From: Fimbriosthenelais zetlandica
Lineage: Eukaryota
Length of the DNA: 64,000 bases
Direction of reading: 5' to 3'
NCBI GenBank assembly: GCA_977030845.1
Contig: OZ365117.1
Span: 3,038,001-3,102,000, forward strand
The translations under genes and the position numbers were made by a program. Positions 12,301-24,300 of the stretch are shown piece after piece; the first letter of the stretch is position 1; each line of letters starts with the position of its first letter. The notes beneath the pieces are model-generated. The model was given only the letters and a program-made list of their open reading frames with translations. It was not told the DNA's origin and ran no database searches.

Positions 12301-15300
12301 CCAAGCAGTATCGACCCTGTTTCGTGCAGTATTCCTATAACAATTCCCCAAGCAGTATCGACCTTGTTTCGTGCAGTATTCCTATAACAATTCCCCAAGC
12401 AGTATCGACCCTTTTTCGTGCAGTATTCCTATAACAATTCCCCAAGCAGTATCGACCCTTTTTCGTGCAGTATTCCTATAACAATTCCCCAAGCAGTATC
12501 AACCCTGTTTCGTGCAGTATCCTTATAACAATTACCCAAGCAGTATCGACCCATTTTCGTGCAGTATTCCTATAACAATTCCCCAAGCAGTATCAACCCT
12601 TTTTCGTGCAGTATTCCTATAACAATTCCCCAAGCAGTATCGACCCTGTTTCGTGCAGTATTCCTATAACAATTCCCCAAGCAGTATCAACCCTTTTTCG
12701 TGCAGTATTCCTATAACAATTCACCAAGCAGTATCAACGCTGTTTCGTGCAGTATTCCTATAACAATTCCCCAAGCAGTATCAACCCTTTTTCGTGCAGT
12801 ATTCCTATAACAATTCACCAAGCAGTATTAACCTTTTTTCGTGCAGTATCCCTATAACAATTCCCCATGCAGTATCAACCCTTTTTCGTGCAGTATTCCT
12901 ATAACAATTCACCAAGCAGTATTAACCTTTTTTCGTGCAGTATTCCTATAGCAATTCCCCAAGCAGTATCAACCCTTTTTCGTGCAGTATCCCTATAACA
13001 ATTCCCCAAGCAGTATCGACCCTTTTTCGTGCAGTATTCCTATAACAATTCCCCAAGCAGTATCGACCCTTTTTCGTGCAGTATTCCTATAGCAATTCCC
13101 CAAGCAGTATCAACCCTTTTTCGTGCAGTATTCTTATAACAATTCCCCAAGCAGTATCAACCCTTTTTCGTGCAGTATTCTTATAACAATTCCCCAAGCA
13201 GTATCAACCCTTTTTCGTGCAGTTTTCTTGTAACAATTCCCCAAGCAGTATCGACCCTCCTTCGTGCAGTATTCCTATAACAATTCCCCAAGCAGTATCG
13301 ACCCTTTTTCGTGCAGTATTCCTATAACAATTCCCCATGCAGTATCGACCCTTTTTCGTGCAGTATTCCTATAACAATTCCCCATGCAGTATCGACCCTT
13401 TTTCGTGCAGAATTCCTGTAACAATTCCCCAAGCAGTATCAACCCTTTTTCGTGCAGTATTCCTATAACAATTCCCCATGCAGTATCAACATTGTTTCGT
13501 GCAGTATTCCTATAACAATTCCCCAAGCAGTTAAAGTTTATAGTTCTTATTAAAACCCTTGTAGATAAGGTTAATATTTACCATGTACGGTAAGTTTAGC
13601 TTCACTGTTTGACTTTGCCAGCTTGTTCACCAGTTCCACGCTGTAGTCGCCCGTATCGTTGGCGACACTGTCCTTGATTTGCAGCGTGATGACGTCACCG
13701 TCGATGGACGTCGTGTATTTGTCATCATCACTGATGGCGCTTCCATCCACGTACCATGTCACCTTGGCTTTAGGCTCTCCCAAGCTCACACGGCAAGAGA
13801 AAGTGGCGGAAGCAGGCGAAACAACCTTCTGATCAGTCAGGGGCTCAAACACCTGCGGCTCGTTCCCAACTGAAAACAGATTATAATCAATGTTTCTATT
13901 ACATACATTAGTATTTGAGCAAAATATACTTAACTATATACTTGAGACTTGTAAAATTGCTGACCAATAATACCCCCATTGCAGAAAAGCTTATCTATTT
14001 TATCTTTAAGATTTTATCTTAAAGGTCTCGTCCCCCATTGGATTTGCATTGGCTTCGAGGCCTTTAAGATAAGATCGTAATTCATGCAATTCCTCCCATA
14101 TCATGCATGTTCCTTTTATATACATCAGCAATTGGGCAATTCAAAATGATTTTAGCATTCACAGTATGGACTCACCAACAAGTGTTTTGACTGGTTCGCT
14201 GGGATCGGACCATGGTCCGAAGCCACATTTGTTTTCAGCAGCCACCCTGAACTCATAGTAAGTATCCTCCTTCAGGTTCTTAATCAGTGTCTTCAGGTCA
14301 GGGATCTTGCCATCCCTGGGGTATTTCTCCCACTTTGTGGTGCCCTGAGGCCGCATTTCAATGTCATAATTGAAGATTTCAGCTCCACCATCTGATTCTG
14401 GAGCAGCCCAGTCCAAATCCAAGGTCTGACCTGTTACATTATTGCAGGCAGGTCTCCCTGGTTTGCCGGGCTTCTTCCATGGATCTTCCGCTGTCATTGG
14501 TTGTGATGGAGGACTGAACTCACCAATACCTGCTTTGTTCTCAGCAGCTACTCTGAACTCGTAATCATTGCCCTCAGTGAGGTCCTTCACATGGAGTTTC
14601 ATTTCTTCTATCTGGTCCTTGTTAATACGGACCCAGCGTGGACTACCAACAACTCGTCTCTCAAGGTGGTACCCAGTGACGGGAGAACCACCGTCATTAG
14701 ATGGTGGCTGCCAGTTAGCCACACAGTTATCACACAGGATGTCAGTCATAGTGGGAGCTTCAGGAGGACCGGGGACATCTGGAAGAGAACAAGAAAACAT
14801 AGAGCCAGGTCCCACTTATATTATATGTGTAATAACCCATGTGTAATAACCCAAGTGAAAAGTGAGTAACCAGAGCAGGATTCGAACCCGGGTCTCACTT
14901 GCTGCTCACTAATTATCTCTAGACTCTCTGAGCTCACACTCTCCACTGCAGACATGGGTATTCAAACTATTTTCACTTACAGATTAAGTACTATAGTAAT
15001 TAATCTGTACTATATATAGTACTTAATCTGTAATCATATAGGCTATATTTATTTCCAATCACAATTCACAAATTATTAAATTGGTGAATTAAAGGTTTCT
15101 CTTACCGAATGGGTTTTTAGCGAGGATGGGTTCCTCGATCTGTGCTGGTTCACTAACCCCGTACTTGTTCTCAGCAAACACTCTCAACAAATACTCATTG
15201 CCTTCAATCAGCTTGAGTACGGTCATCTGGAGATCCTCTGTCTTTCCAGCATCTTTCCATGAACGGCGATTAATATCCTGCAAAAAACATCAGGAGATTC

Positions 15301-18300
15301 TTGTTATTTATCAGCTCTTTTACAACAGACCAATACCTCTATAAAAGAGTTTCAGAAATCTGTATAATCCGCTTTAAGTTCGACATCCACTCTACGATCT
15401 TTGGAAAAACAGATTTTTCTGATCGGCAAAGATCAAAATAAAATCGTTCCGGATCATTTCTCTATTGATTTAACATTGAAAAATCGGCGCCGATCCCAAG
15501 ATTTTGGCATCCACCAGCCCGATCATCTGTTTTTGGGGTCCCGATCGCCTGTGATCGCTTAAGATCGCAAAATCGGAATGAAAATCGGGCTGGTGGATGT
15601 CGGGCTTTAGATTCCATGTTTTCACAATATTGACGTTGACCAACCTTGAATTCTACAATGTAGCCGGTGATAGGGCTACCTCCATCATCTGCTGGCACCT
15701 CCCAGTGGAAGTCAGCAGTATCCGCCGTCACTCCAACTACGTTCGGTTTCTGCGGTGGTGATGGTTTGTCTAAAAATTAAAAATAAATACAATATGAACA
15801 AATGATTTGATATTATCATTTGACTATCAATCACCTAATATGTCGCCAATCATTCACAAGATGCCTCTGCTGCAAGGACCTGAACTTTCTGTCCCCAAGT
15901 GCCATATTTGTCAGAGCACTTGCAAATAACGCATATAGTAAGACCCTGCTGGTGCAGTTACACTTGCAGTAGATGCAACAGTTGCTCGTGCAGTATTCCT
16001 ATAACAATTCCCCAAGCAGTATGGACCCTGTTTTGAGCAGTATTCCTATAACAATTCCCCAAGCAGTATCAACCTTGTTTCGTGCAGTATGTCTATAGCA
16101 ATTCCCCAAGCAGTATCGACCCTTTTTCGTGCAGTATTCCTATAACAATTCCCCAAGCAGTATCGACCCTTTTTCGTGCAGTATTCCTATAACAATTCCC
16201 CAAGCAGTTTCAACCCTTTTTCGTGCAGTATTCCTATAACAATTCCCCAAGCAGTTTCAACCCTTTTTCGTGCAGTATTCCTATAATAATTCCCCAAGCA
16301 GTATCAACCCTGTTTCGTGCAGTATTCCTATAACAATTCCCCAAGCAGTATCGACCCTTTTTCGTGCAGTATTCCTATAACAATTCCCCAAGCAGTATCA
16401 ACCCTCTTTCGTGCAGTATTCCTATAACAATTCCCCAAGCAGTATCAACCCTGTTTCGTGCAGTATTCTTATGACAATTCAGTAAGTAGTATCAACCCTT
16501 TTTCGTGCAGTATTCCTATATCAATTCCCCAAGCAGTATCAACCCTTTTTTTAACCCTGCTACTCACCAAGCACCACCACCTTGACAATCATCGTTGCTT
16601 CCCCGTATTCATTGACGAGTTTAGCCGTGTACTCTCCTGAGTCCGGCCTCTCTCCGTCCTTTACACTGAAGGTTGTCTTGTTAACGGTGGTCGTTAGTTT
16701 AATACGCTCTGTATCCCGCACACTGCCCCCGTTAAACGTCATCTCTACAGACGGCTGAGGGTGAGCTGTGAACGGCAAGTCACGTGACTCGGAGCTTCCA
16801 GATTTCATGGTGATTGTGTCGTTAAACTGGTCATCCAGGAGGAACTTGGGCACAGCTGGAATAATAATAATAATAATTCATTTTGTATAGCGTAAAATCC
16901 ACAATAGTTTGTGCTCTAAACGCTGCTGACAGAAAAGTAGTATGGGAAAAGAGTATTGGAATTAACAGAAATAGTCTCTAAAAAGGTGTGTTTTTAATTT
17001 TGATTTTGAGAGAGAAATGAAAGAGAAGGGAAACATGTTAGATGGTGATGAGAAAGAGTTACTCCAGTTACAGCTGGAGCGGAAAGAGAAAGTAGACATG
17101 TTAGATGGTGATGAGAAAGAGTTACTCCAGTTACAGCTGGAGCGGAAAGAGAAAACAATGTTAGATTGCACTGAGAAAGAGTTACTCTAAAGAGTCACAG
17201 CTGGAGCGAAAAGAGAAAGAGACAATGTTAGATGACGCTGAGAAAGAGTTACTCCAGTTACAGCTGGAGCGAAAAGAGAAAGGAACAATGTTAGATGGTG
17301 CTGAGAAAGAGTTACTCCAGTCACAGCTGGAGCGAAAAGAGAAAGGAACAATGTTAGATGGTGCTGAGAAAGAGTTACTCCAGTCACAGCTGGAGCGAAA
17401 AGAGAAAGTAGACATGTGCTGAGAAAGAGTTACTGTATGTCCATATAGCAGGACTCAACGTGAGACAAACTGTTACGACTGTGAAAAAAAGTCAGTGAGA
17501 AGGTACTCCTTTGTGGGACGGACATCTACCACTGCATTGGAGCAGTCACTATCACAATGCTATAGGAGACACATTAAAATCACTCAAATTTTAATCATCT
17601 GATCAGCAAAAAGTGCTCTTGGAGCTTTACAACTTGCTAAGCTCCATCAGACTTTCTAGTGACCCTATTGCTTAGAATAGCATGATAGATGGTCAGAAAT
17701 ATAAAAGCCAACCAACACTCACCCTCAATAGAAAGTTTAGCCTTGGAAGACTTGCTTCTGGCCATGGCCACATACTCATTGATGTCCTCATCAGTGACAT
17801 CATGGATAATCAGTTGGTGGACAGTGTCCTTCATGATGATCTCGTATTTAGGACTCCTGTCTATAGGCTCGGTGCCGCGCAACCATTGTATCTTGATGTT
17901 TGCCTTGGTGAGCTCACATTCCAGCGTCACCGTACATGGCAACTCCTTGACAACCTGGTCCTGGAGATGCCTCACAAAGTCGATAGGTTCCTCTGCAAAT
18001 AATATTTAAAAAATCAAGACATCGCTACAAATGGTTTCTCATTTATCAACCGATAGGCAGAGATAGGCGTCTGTAAATTGGATATCATATTGGGTGTTTA
18101 AACTGCCATCCTTTGGATAATTTTTAAGCCCCCGGAGTAAACTGGGTCTCTAAAACTGAGGTAACTCCCCTCCATGAAGAATCTGGTGCTTACCTTCAAC
18201 GAAAACAGTGGCAGAAGAGTCCTTGTCGCCTATAACAATGGAGTACTCTGAATGGTCCTCAAGATGGGCGTCCTGGATAATCAGTTCATGCTTTGTGCCA

Positions 18301-21300
18301 TCAACCCTGATTTCAAATCTTAAAAAGGTAAAACAAAAGTGTTAGTCAGTGGATGGGCAATGTTGCCTCACTTGGTCGGTTAGAGGCTATCTCCCTTCAC
18401 TGATAGTCATTGAATGGGCAATGTCCTTTTGACTTTAAACATGTACAGGATACCCATTGAAAACCGGGGGTTGTTGCGATATTTAACTAGTTGTTTGTAA
18501 ATTGATATGAACAACATAGAAAGAGAGCGAGGTCCCCACTTCAATGCGACCGTATCTGACCCTTCTTGACCTGCACTTCCTGCAAACCTTTGTGGGTAGG
18601 AAATGAAACGTATAACCTTTTTTGTTCCAGGTGGTGTCACAAAGGTATGAATAGGGAATAAATATGAAAAATGAAAAAATACGGTTTCGTCATTGTAAAT
18701 CGAATGCAATTGAATGTACGCACCTGCCACCAGCCTTCACCTCCTTGCCAGCCTTGTACCACTTGGCAGTCTGGTTGGGTTTGGATACTTCACACGACAG
18801 GGTGGCAGTCTGGGTCTCCTTCACCTCCACGTCCCGCAACGGGGTCAGAAACTCTAACGGTTCTTCTGTAAACACAACATTGATAGAAATACACCCATGG
18901 TATGTTGTCTGAGGGAGGGGCAGAGCCAGGAAGAAGGGGAGTTAGCCATATGCAAAAGGATATTTTACTTTCTCACTTGGTCGATTAGAGGCAATCTCCC
19001 TCCACTACCTGTTATAATTGATCTAAAGTAATGGATATTTTACTTTCTCACTTGGACGATTAGGAGCTATCTCCCTCCACTACCTGTTAGAATTGATCTA
19101 AGGTAGTGGATATTTTACTTTCTCACTTGGTCGATTAGAGGCTATCTCCCTCCACTACCTGTTATAATTGATCTAAGGTAGCGGATATTTTACTGTCTCA
19201 CTTGGTCGGCTAGGGACTATCTCAAGCCTATACATGAAGCCTATACATGCAGTGAATCACTTACCAAGAACAATGAGTTTAGCTGAGGTCTTCTTGTCTT
19301 TGATGGTACAGGCGTATTTCATGGTATCGTCTAGGATAGCATCCACTATGGTCAGTCTGTGGACGTGGCCGTCCACCTCGGGGGTGAATCTGGTATAGTC
19401 AGGTCCGGCGATCTGAGAGCCAGCCTGGAACCACGTCGCGGTCTGGTTTGGTTTGGAGACCTCGCATTCAAACACAGCGGTTTGCTTCACGTAGATTTCA
19501 AGGTTGGACAAAGGTCGGACATATTCAACTGGAAGCTCTGTTAAAAACAAGTGACACACAATTACTTCATTTAGAACTTTCAGTTCTCTTGGAATTTTTA
19601 GTTCAAACGTTTGATTTTTATTGGGGTTGAACACCGCCGCATCGACCAAATATCTAATGTCCTACAATCTTAACCAAGTTATAGAATTTTCAGCTCAAAC
19701 ATTAGAAGGTCCAAGGACTGGGTTCCCACACAACTTAAAAGTCTAACGTCCACCACAGTGCAAAAGTTTGAACTGAAATTTCATGCATAAACGAGTAAGT
19801 GATTGCCTTTCCGCCTATTTGGCCCTGGGGTTTATGGTTATACTATCTGGGAATATAGAACCCACCTTCAACGAGGAGGTTGGCTGAGCTCTCGACTCCC
19901 TCCTCTACAATGATGGTATATTTAGACTGGTCGTCAAGCTGGCAGTCTGTGATGGTCAGTAGATGTCGCTGGCCTAGTTTATCGTAGCTGATACGGCCGC
20001 CAATCTTCAGTGGCTCGCCGTCCTTCAACCACGTGCCCTTTCTGATCTTGCTGATCTCACATTCAAATGACGCCGTCTGATATTCAATGACCTTCTGGTC
20101 AGTCAGGGGCGTGAGGAATTCAGCTGGGCATTCTGTGGACAAATATATTAATTTTTAGTGCCAATCTTATTTGTCAACATATGTTTCCAAATAATATACA
20201 TTTATATATGTGAAAATAATATTTCCAATTAACATCAGAAAAGAGCAAGGTCCCCACTTCAATGCGAACGCATGTCAAGCTTTAGTCTACACCTGCACTT
20301 CCTTCAAAGCCTTGTGCACAGGAAATGAAACTTAACATTTTTTTGTTCTCAAAGATGTCAAAATAAGGTTCTCAAAATAACTGATTTAACATTATTTTAC
20401 TCACCTTCGACAGTCAGTTGGGCAGTGGACTCCTTACCGTCCACCTTGATGGTATATTTAGATTCATCATCTAGTACAGACTTGTGAATGTAGAGGTATT
20501 GTTTAGGTCCCTCCACTTTCATCTCAAAATGATCTGATGGTTTGATCTCCTTCCCATCTTTATACCATGTAGCTTTGCGGTCAGGCTTGGATATCTCACA
20601 TACAAATGTCGCATCTTCCTTTTCCATCGTCTTTTGGTCAGTCAGTGGGCTCAAGAACTCCGTTGGCAGTTCTGGAAAGAAAAAAACACTCAATGTTTTC
20701 AATAATTGTAGTTTTAAGACAACCCAAGACAGGCCCCCTGGTATTATAATGCCTTTGGAAATACAATAGCTCACATAAGTGAGTGCATCTTTATTGATGT
20801 TATTCCATTTCGTTATGAATTATGAAATATTAAGCCGGGACTCCACTGCTGCGATTTTGCTTGCGACACGTCTGCGACAAAGGTGATGCTTGTGTTTCAA
20901 TGATAAATTTACAATTGGAGGACGGCCTTAAGGCCTTATAGACACTTGAATCACAATTTAGTAATTTTATTCTTACACAACTTCACAAGCATCACCTTTG
21001 TCGCAGTAGTGTCGCAAGCACTGTCGCAGCATTGGAGTCCCGGCTTTAATGACAATTTAAAAGCACAGAACATACCATCGACCACAAGTGTAGCCTCGGT
21101 GGACACTTCAGTGGGTTCGAATGAGAGCGCTGGGATGGAGTAGGTGACTGACACATTGTCATCCAGGGTGACATTGTTAATGGTGAGAGTCTGTTTAAAC
21201 TCCTCTGTAGTAATGGTGATCCTCTCACCGGCCGTCACTGGCTCTCCCTTCATCCTCCATGTGCCTTCTGTCTTATTTAGTTTGGAGATCTCACAACTGA

Positions 21301-24300
21301 ATGTTACAGTTTCCTTCTCCATGATCTCGATACTCTTCAGTGGTACCGTAACTTCAATGGGTCGTTCTGCAAATGGAATCAGAGATAATCAGATTGTATG
21401 GGAGTGATCTCCAATTGATGAAATCATTTGGCCAAAAGAAGATGAGCCATCTATTGTGGTAGGTCAAGCCCGATATCCGCCAGCCCGATTTTCATCCCGA
21501 TTTTGCGATCTTAAGCGACCGGGACCCAAAAAGAAGATCCGTTCCGATGATCGGGCTGGTGGATGCCAAAATCTTGGGACCGGCGCCGATTTTTCAATGG
21601 TAAATCAATAGAGAAATGATCCATAACGATTTTATTTTGATGCCGATCATAAAAATCGGTGCCCTCAAAGATTGTACAGTGGATGTCGGGCTTTACACTT
21701 ACAACGAAATCACATGGTCATTGTTATATGATGAATTGACTTACCATCGACTACGAGTTTGGCGGTGGAAGCCTTGCCGCTTGGCAGTTTGATAGAGAAA
21801 CTGTCGGCATCCTCGAGATGAGCGTCTACGATGGTCAACTTGTAAATAACATTACTGGTCGATACCGTGAATCGCTCCATGTCCTTGATCTCTACTTCAT
21901 TCTTAAACCATTTTACCTGAAAAACAAACATTTTCTTTATTAGAGATATCTTTTATAGAGACATCACTTTGAAAAAATGACAATATGTGGACTTGGAGGA
22001 AGGTCCGTGGTGGCTAATACTCAAAGTAACATGTATATTGATCTGTATTGATCCGGCTATTGTAGCTACACCTGTCGTATATCTATGGTACCATACTGTC
22101 CTGATAACAATCACTTCTACCTCCTCCCACTTGCTTTTAAAGCCGGGACTCCACTGCTGCGATTCTGCTTGCGACACTACTGCGACAAAGGTGATGCTTG
22201 TGAAGTTGTGTAAGAATAAAATTTATAAATTGTGATTCAAGTGTCCAAGGCCTTAAGGCCGTCCTCCAATGGTAAATTTATCATTGAAACACAAGCATCA
22301 CCTTTGTCGCAGACGTGTCGCAAACAAAATGGGAGTAGTGGAGTCCGGGCTTAAGTTTAATTCTATTATTTTGTTGTCGGATATTCAATCTTATTTTAGA
22401 AAATAAATTTTCATTTACAAAAAAAGAGAGAGAATTCGTACTTGGATATTGGGCTTGCTGATCTCGATGGTAAACTCAGCAGTCTCCGTTTCCATAATGT
22501 GAAGATCCCGCAGGATGGTGATAAACTCCGGGGCTTTCTCTGTAACCATAGCAACGTCAGGATTAAAATACATCCATAGTTAATACCGCTAAATGTTATA
22601 CCAGGGGACATAGGCATGCTGGTATCTCTCAACTATTATAGGAGGGATGTGTGATATAGGGTGATTCAAAGGTGCATAGGATATAATTATTATGTTAACA
22701 AATACATCTACTATATGAATGATGTTTGATAGTATCAATATGAATGTGTATTGGTAAATTATGAGTTATTAAATTTGAGATCATTATGACATGATTAAGA
22801 TTTGATATCAAGTAGTATAGGAAATGTTTATGAACTCAGTTCTTCCTTGGATGGATATATCAATAGTTCGATTAATTAGTTCTCGCCTAAGCATGGCGTT
22901 AAATCACCATGAATTAATCCTTACCGTGGATTAATGGGATATAGAAATGTCTAAAAAACATTCTAATCTCCTTATGAATGAATGGACGTAAATAGAAGTA
23001 ATTAGAATTTGGAGGGGAGCTCAGTTGGTTATAGAGCGCCAGCTCATACAAGGTGATGGACCAATGATCGAAGGGTCGGCGGTTCAATCCCCCGAGCTGT
23101 TCAAGGCATTTCCAATGCCTCCCTCCCCAGGGTGTTTGTGTGTTGTACATATGTCCTAGAGCACATGCACCTAGAAATATCCATTGCACAGAAGGCAATG
23201 TAGATGTGCACGTAGATAAAGAGCCCCCAGCTTGAAAACCATACGTATCATCAAGAGTGTGAGCTGGCTTCACCCATAATATGGCTCTATAAAAATTCTA
23301 ACTAAAAAAGCAAATGACCTACCATTGTCTTGGTAAATGCCGGACTAACCCTGTTTGTACAACTGTAGTAAAACTATGTCCGATTATAGGGTTGCTTACA
23401 ACTGTGGAGATGGTAGATATGAAGAGGCTGAGTTGGTAGCTGTAATCTATGGGTATTTCTTGTATAAATCCGTAAATCGCAGCTAATGGAGTCCAACTGA
23501 CTGGACAGGGCAGTGGAGCAAGGCAGGGATCACCTGATCAGGGGGGGGGGGGTCAGCTGGTCAGAGGGGAGGGGAATGTTCCGCATGAATGACCAGCCAT
23601 ATTTACTACACAACCTTTGGCAGCAATGCCGGATCAAACCAATACAATGAGGTGGTCAGCAATACAAGCTAACTTGGTCGTTGATTGGGTGTCTGATAAT
23701 TGGGGAGTGACCAATCACGATCCAGTGACCAATCACGATTGAGGGGGAGGGGGTTGGTGGTAGACCTATACCACAAATCAGTGAATAGGTGGACGGGGGG
23801 GGGGGTGGGTGGGCTGGTGGTGTGTACTATATAGTCTGGATGTTTACTAGTCACACCTGAGTGAGCACTACTAACAGTCGGGAGGGGGGTGGGGGTTGGC
23901 TCTGTCCCACTGAATGACTGCATGGATTGAGGGAGGGTGGGGGGGGGGGGGCGGGTATACCCTAGAAGCAGGAATCCATAGAGTATACATTACTGTACTA
24001 TAGAGACTGGATGTTTACTGGTCACACCTGAGTGACCACTACTACCAGTTGGGGGGGCTGGGGGTTGGCTCGGTCCCACTGAATGACTGCATGGCTTGAT
24101 TGAGGGAGGGGGGTATACCCTAGAAGCTGGAATCCATAGAGTATACATTACTATGGTGCTCAATATAATGAGTTCAATTCCCTGCCTTTTCTAGCTTTCT
24201 CCCCAATTAGTAAAATTTGATACATTTGTCTGATACATAAGACCCACATCCAATCTAAGGGAAGAACTGATGTTCATAAAGCAAACAATGGTGTCAATTT

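Noticed and set aside
12226-13531. 47-bp arrays as CRISPR
   Set aside because: Units are contiguous with no unique spacers, there are no cas genes, and the context is a eukaryotic intron.
15462-15731. ORF tails such as RFCDL(K/R)RS...GGCQNLGIGADFSM(L/V)NQ shared with 31930-32289
   Set aside because: Exon read-through into family B MITEs, not a shared protein domain.
18520-20360. Diverged direct repeat of about 120 bp (about 18520-18640 and 20240-20360)
   Set aside because: An old repeat fragment with no termini or other informative structure.
23011-23100. tRNA gene
   Set aside because: Box spacing is too long, and I see no acceptor stem or cloverleaf; treated as a SINE head.
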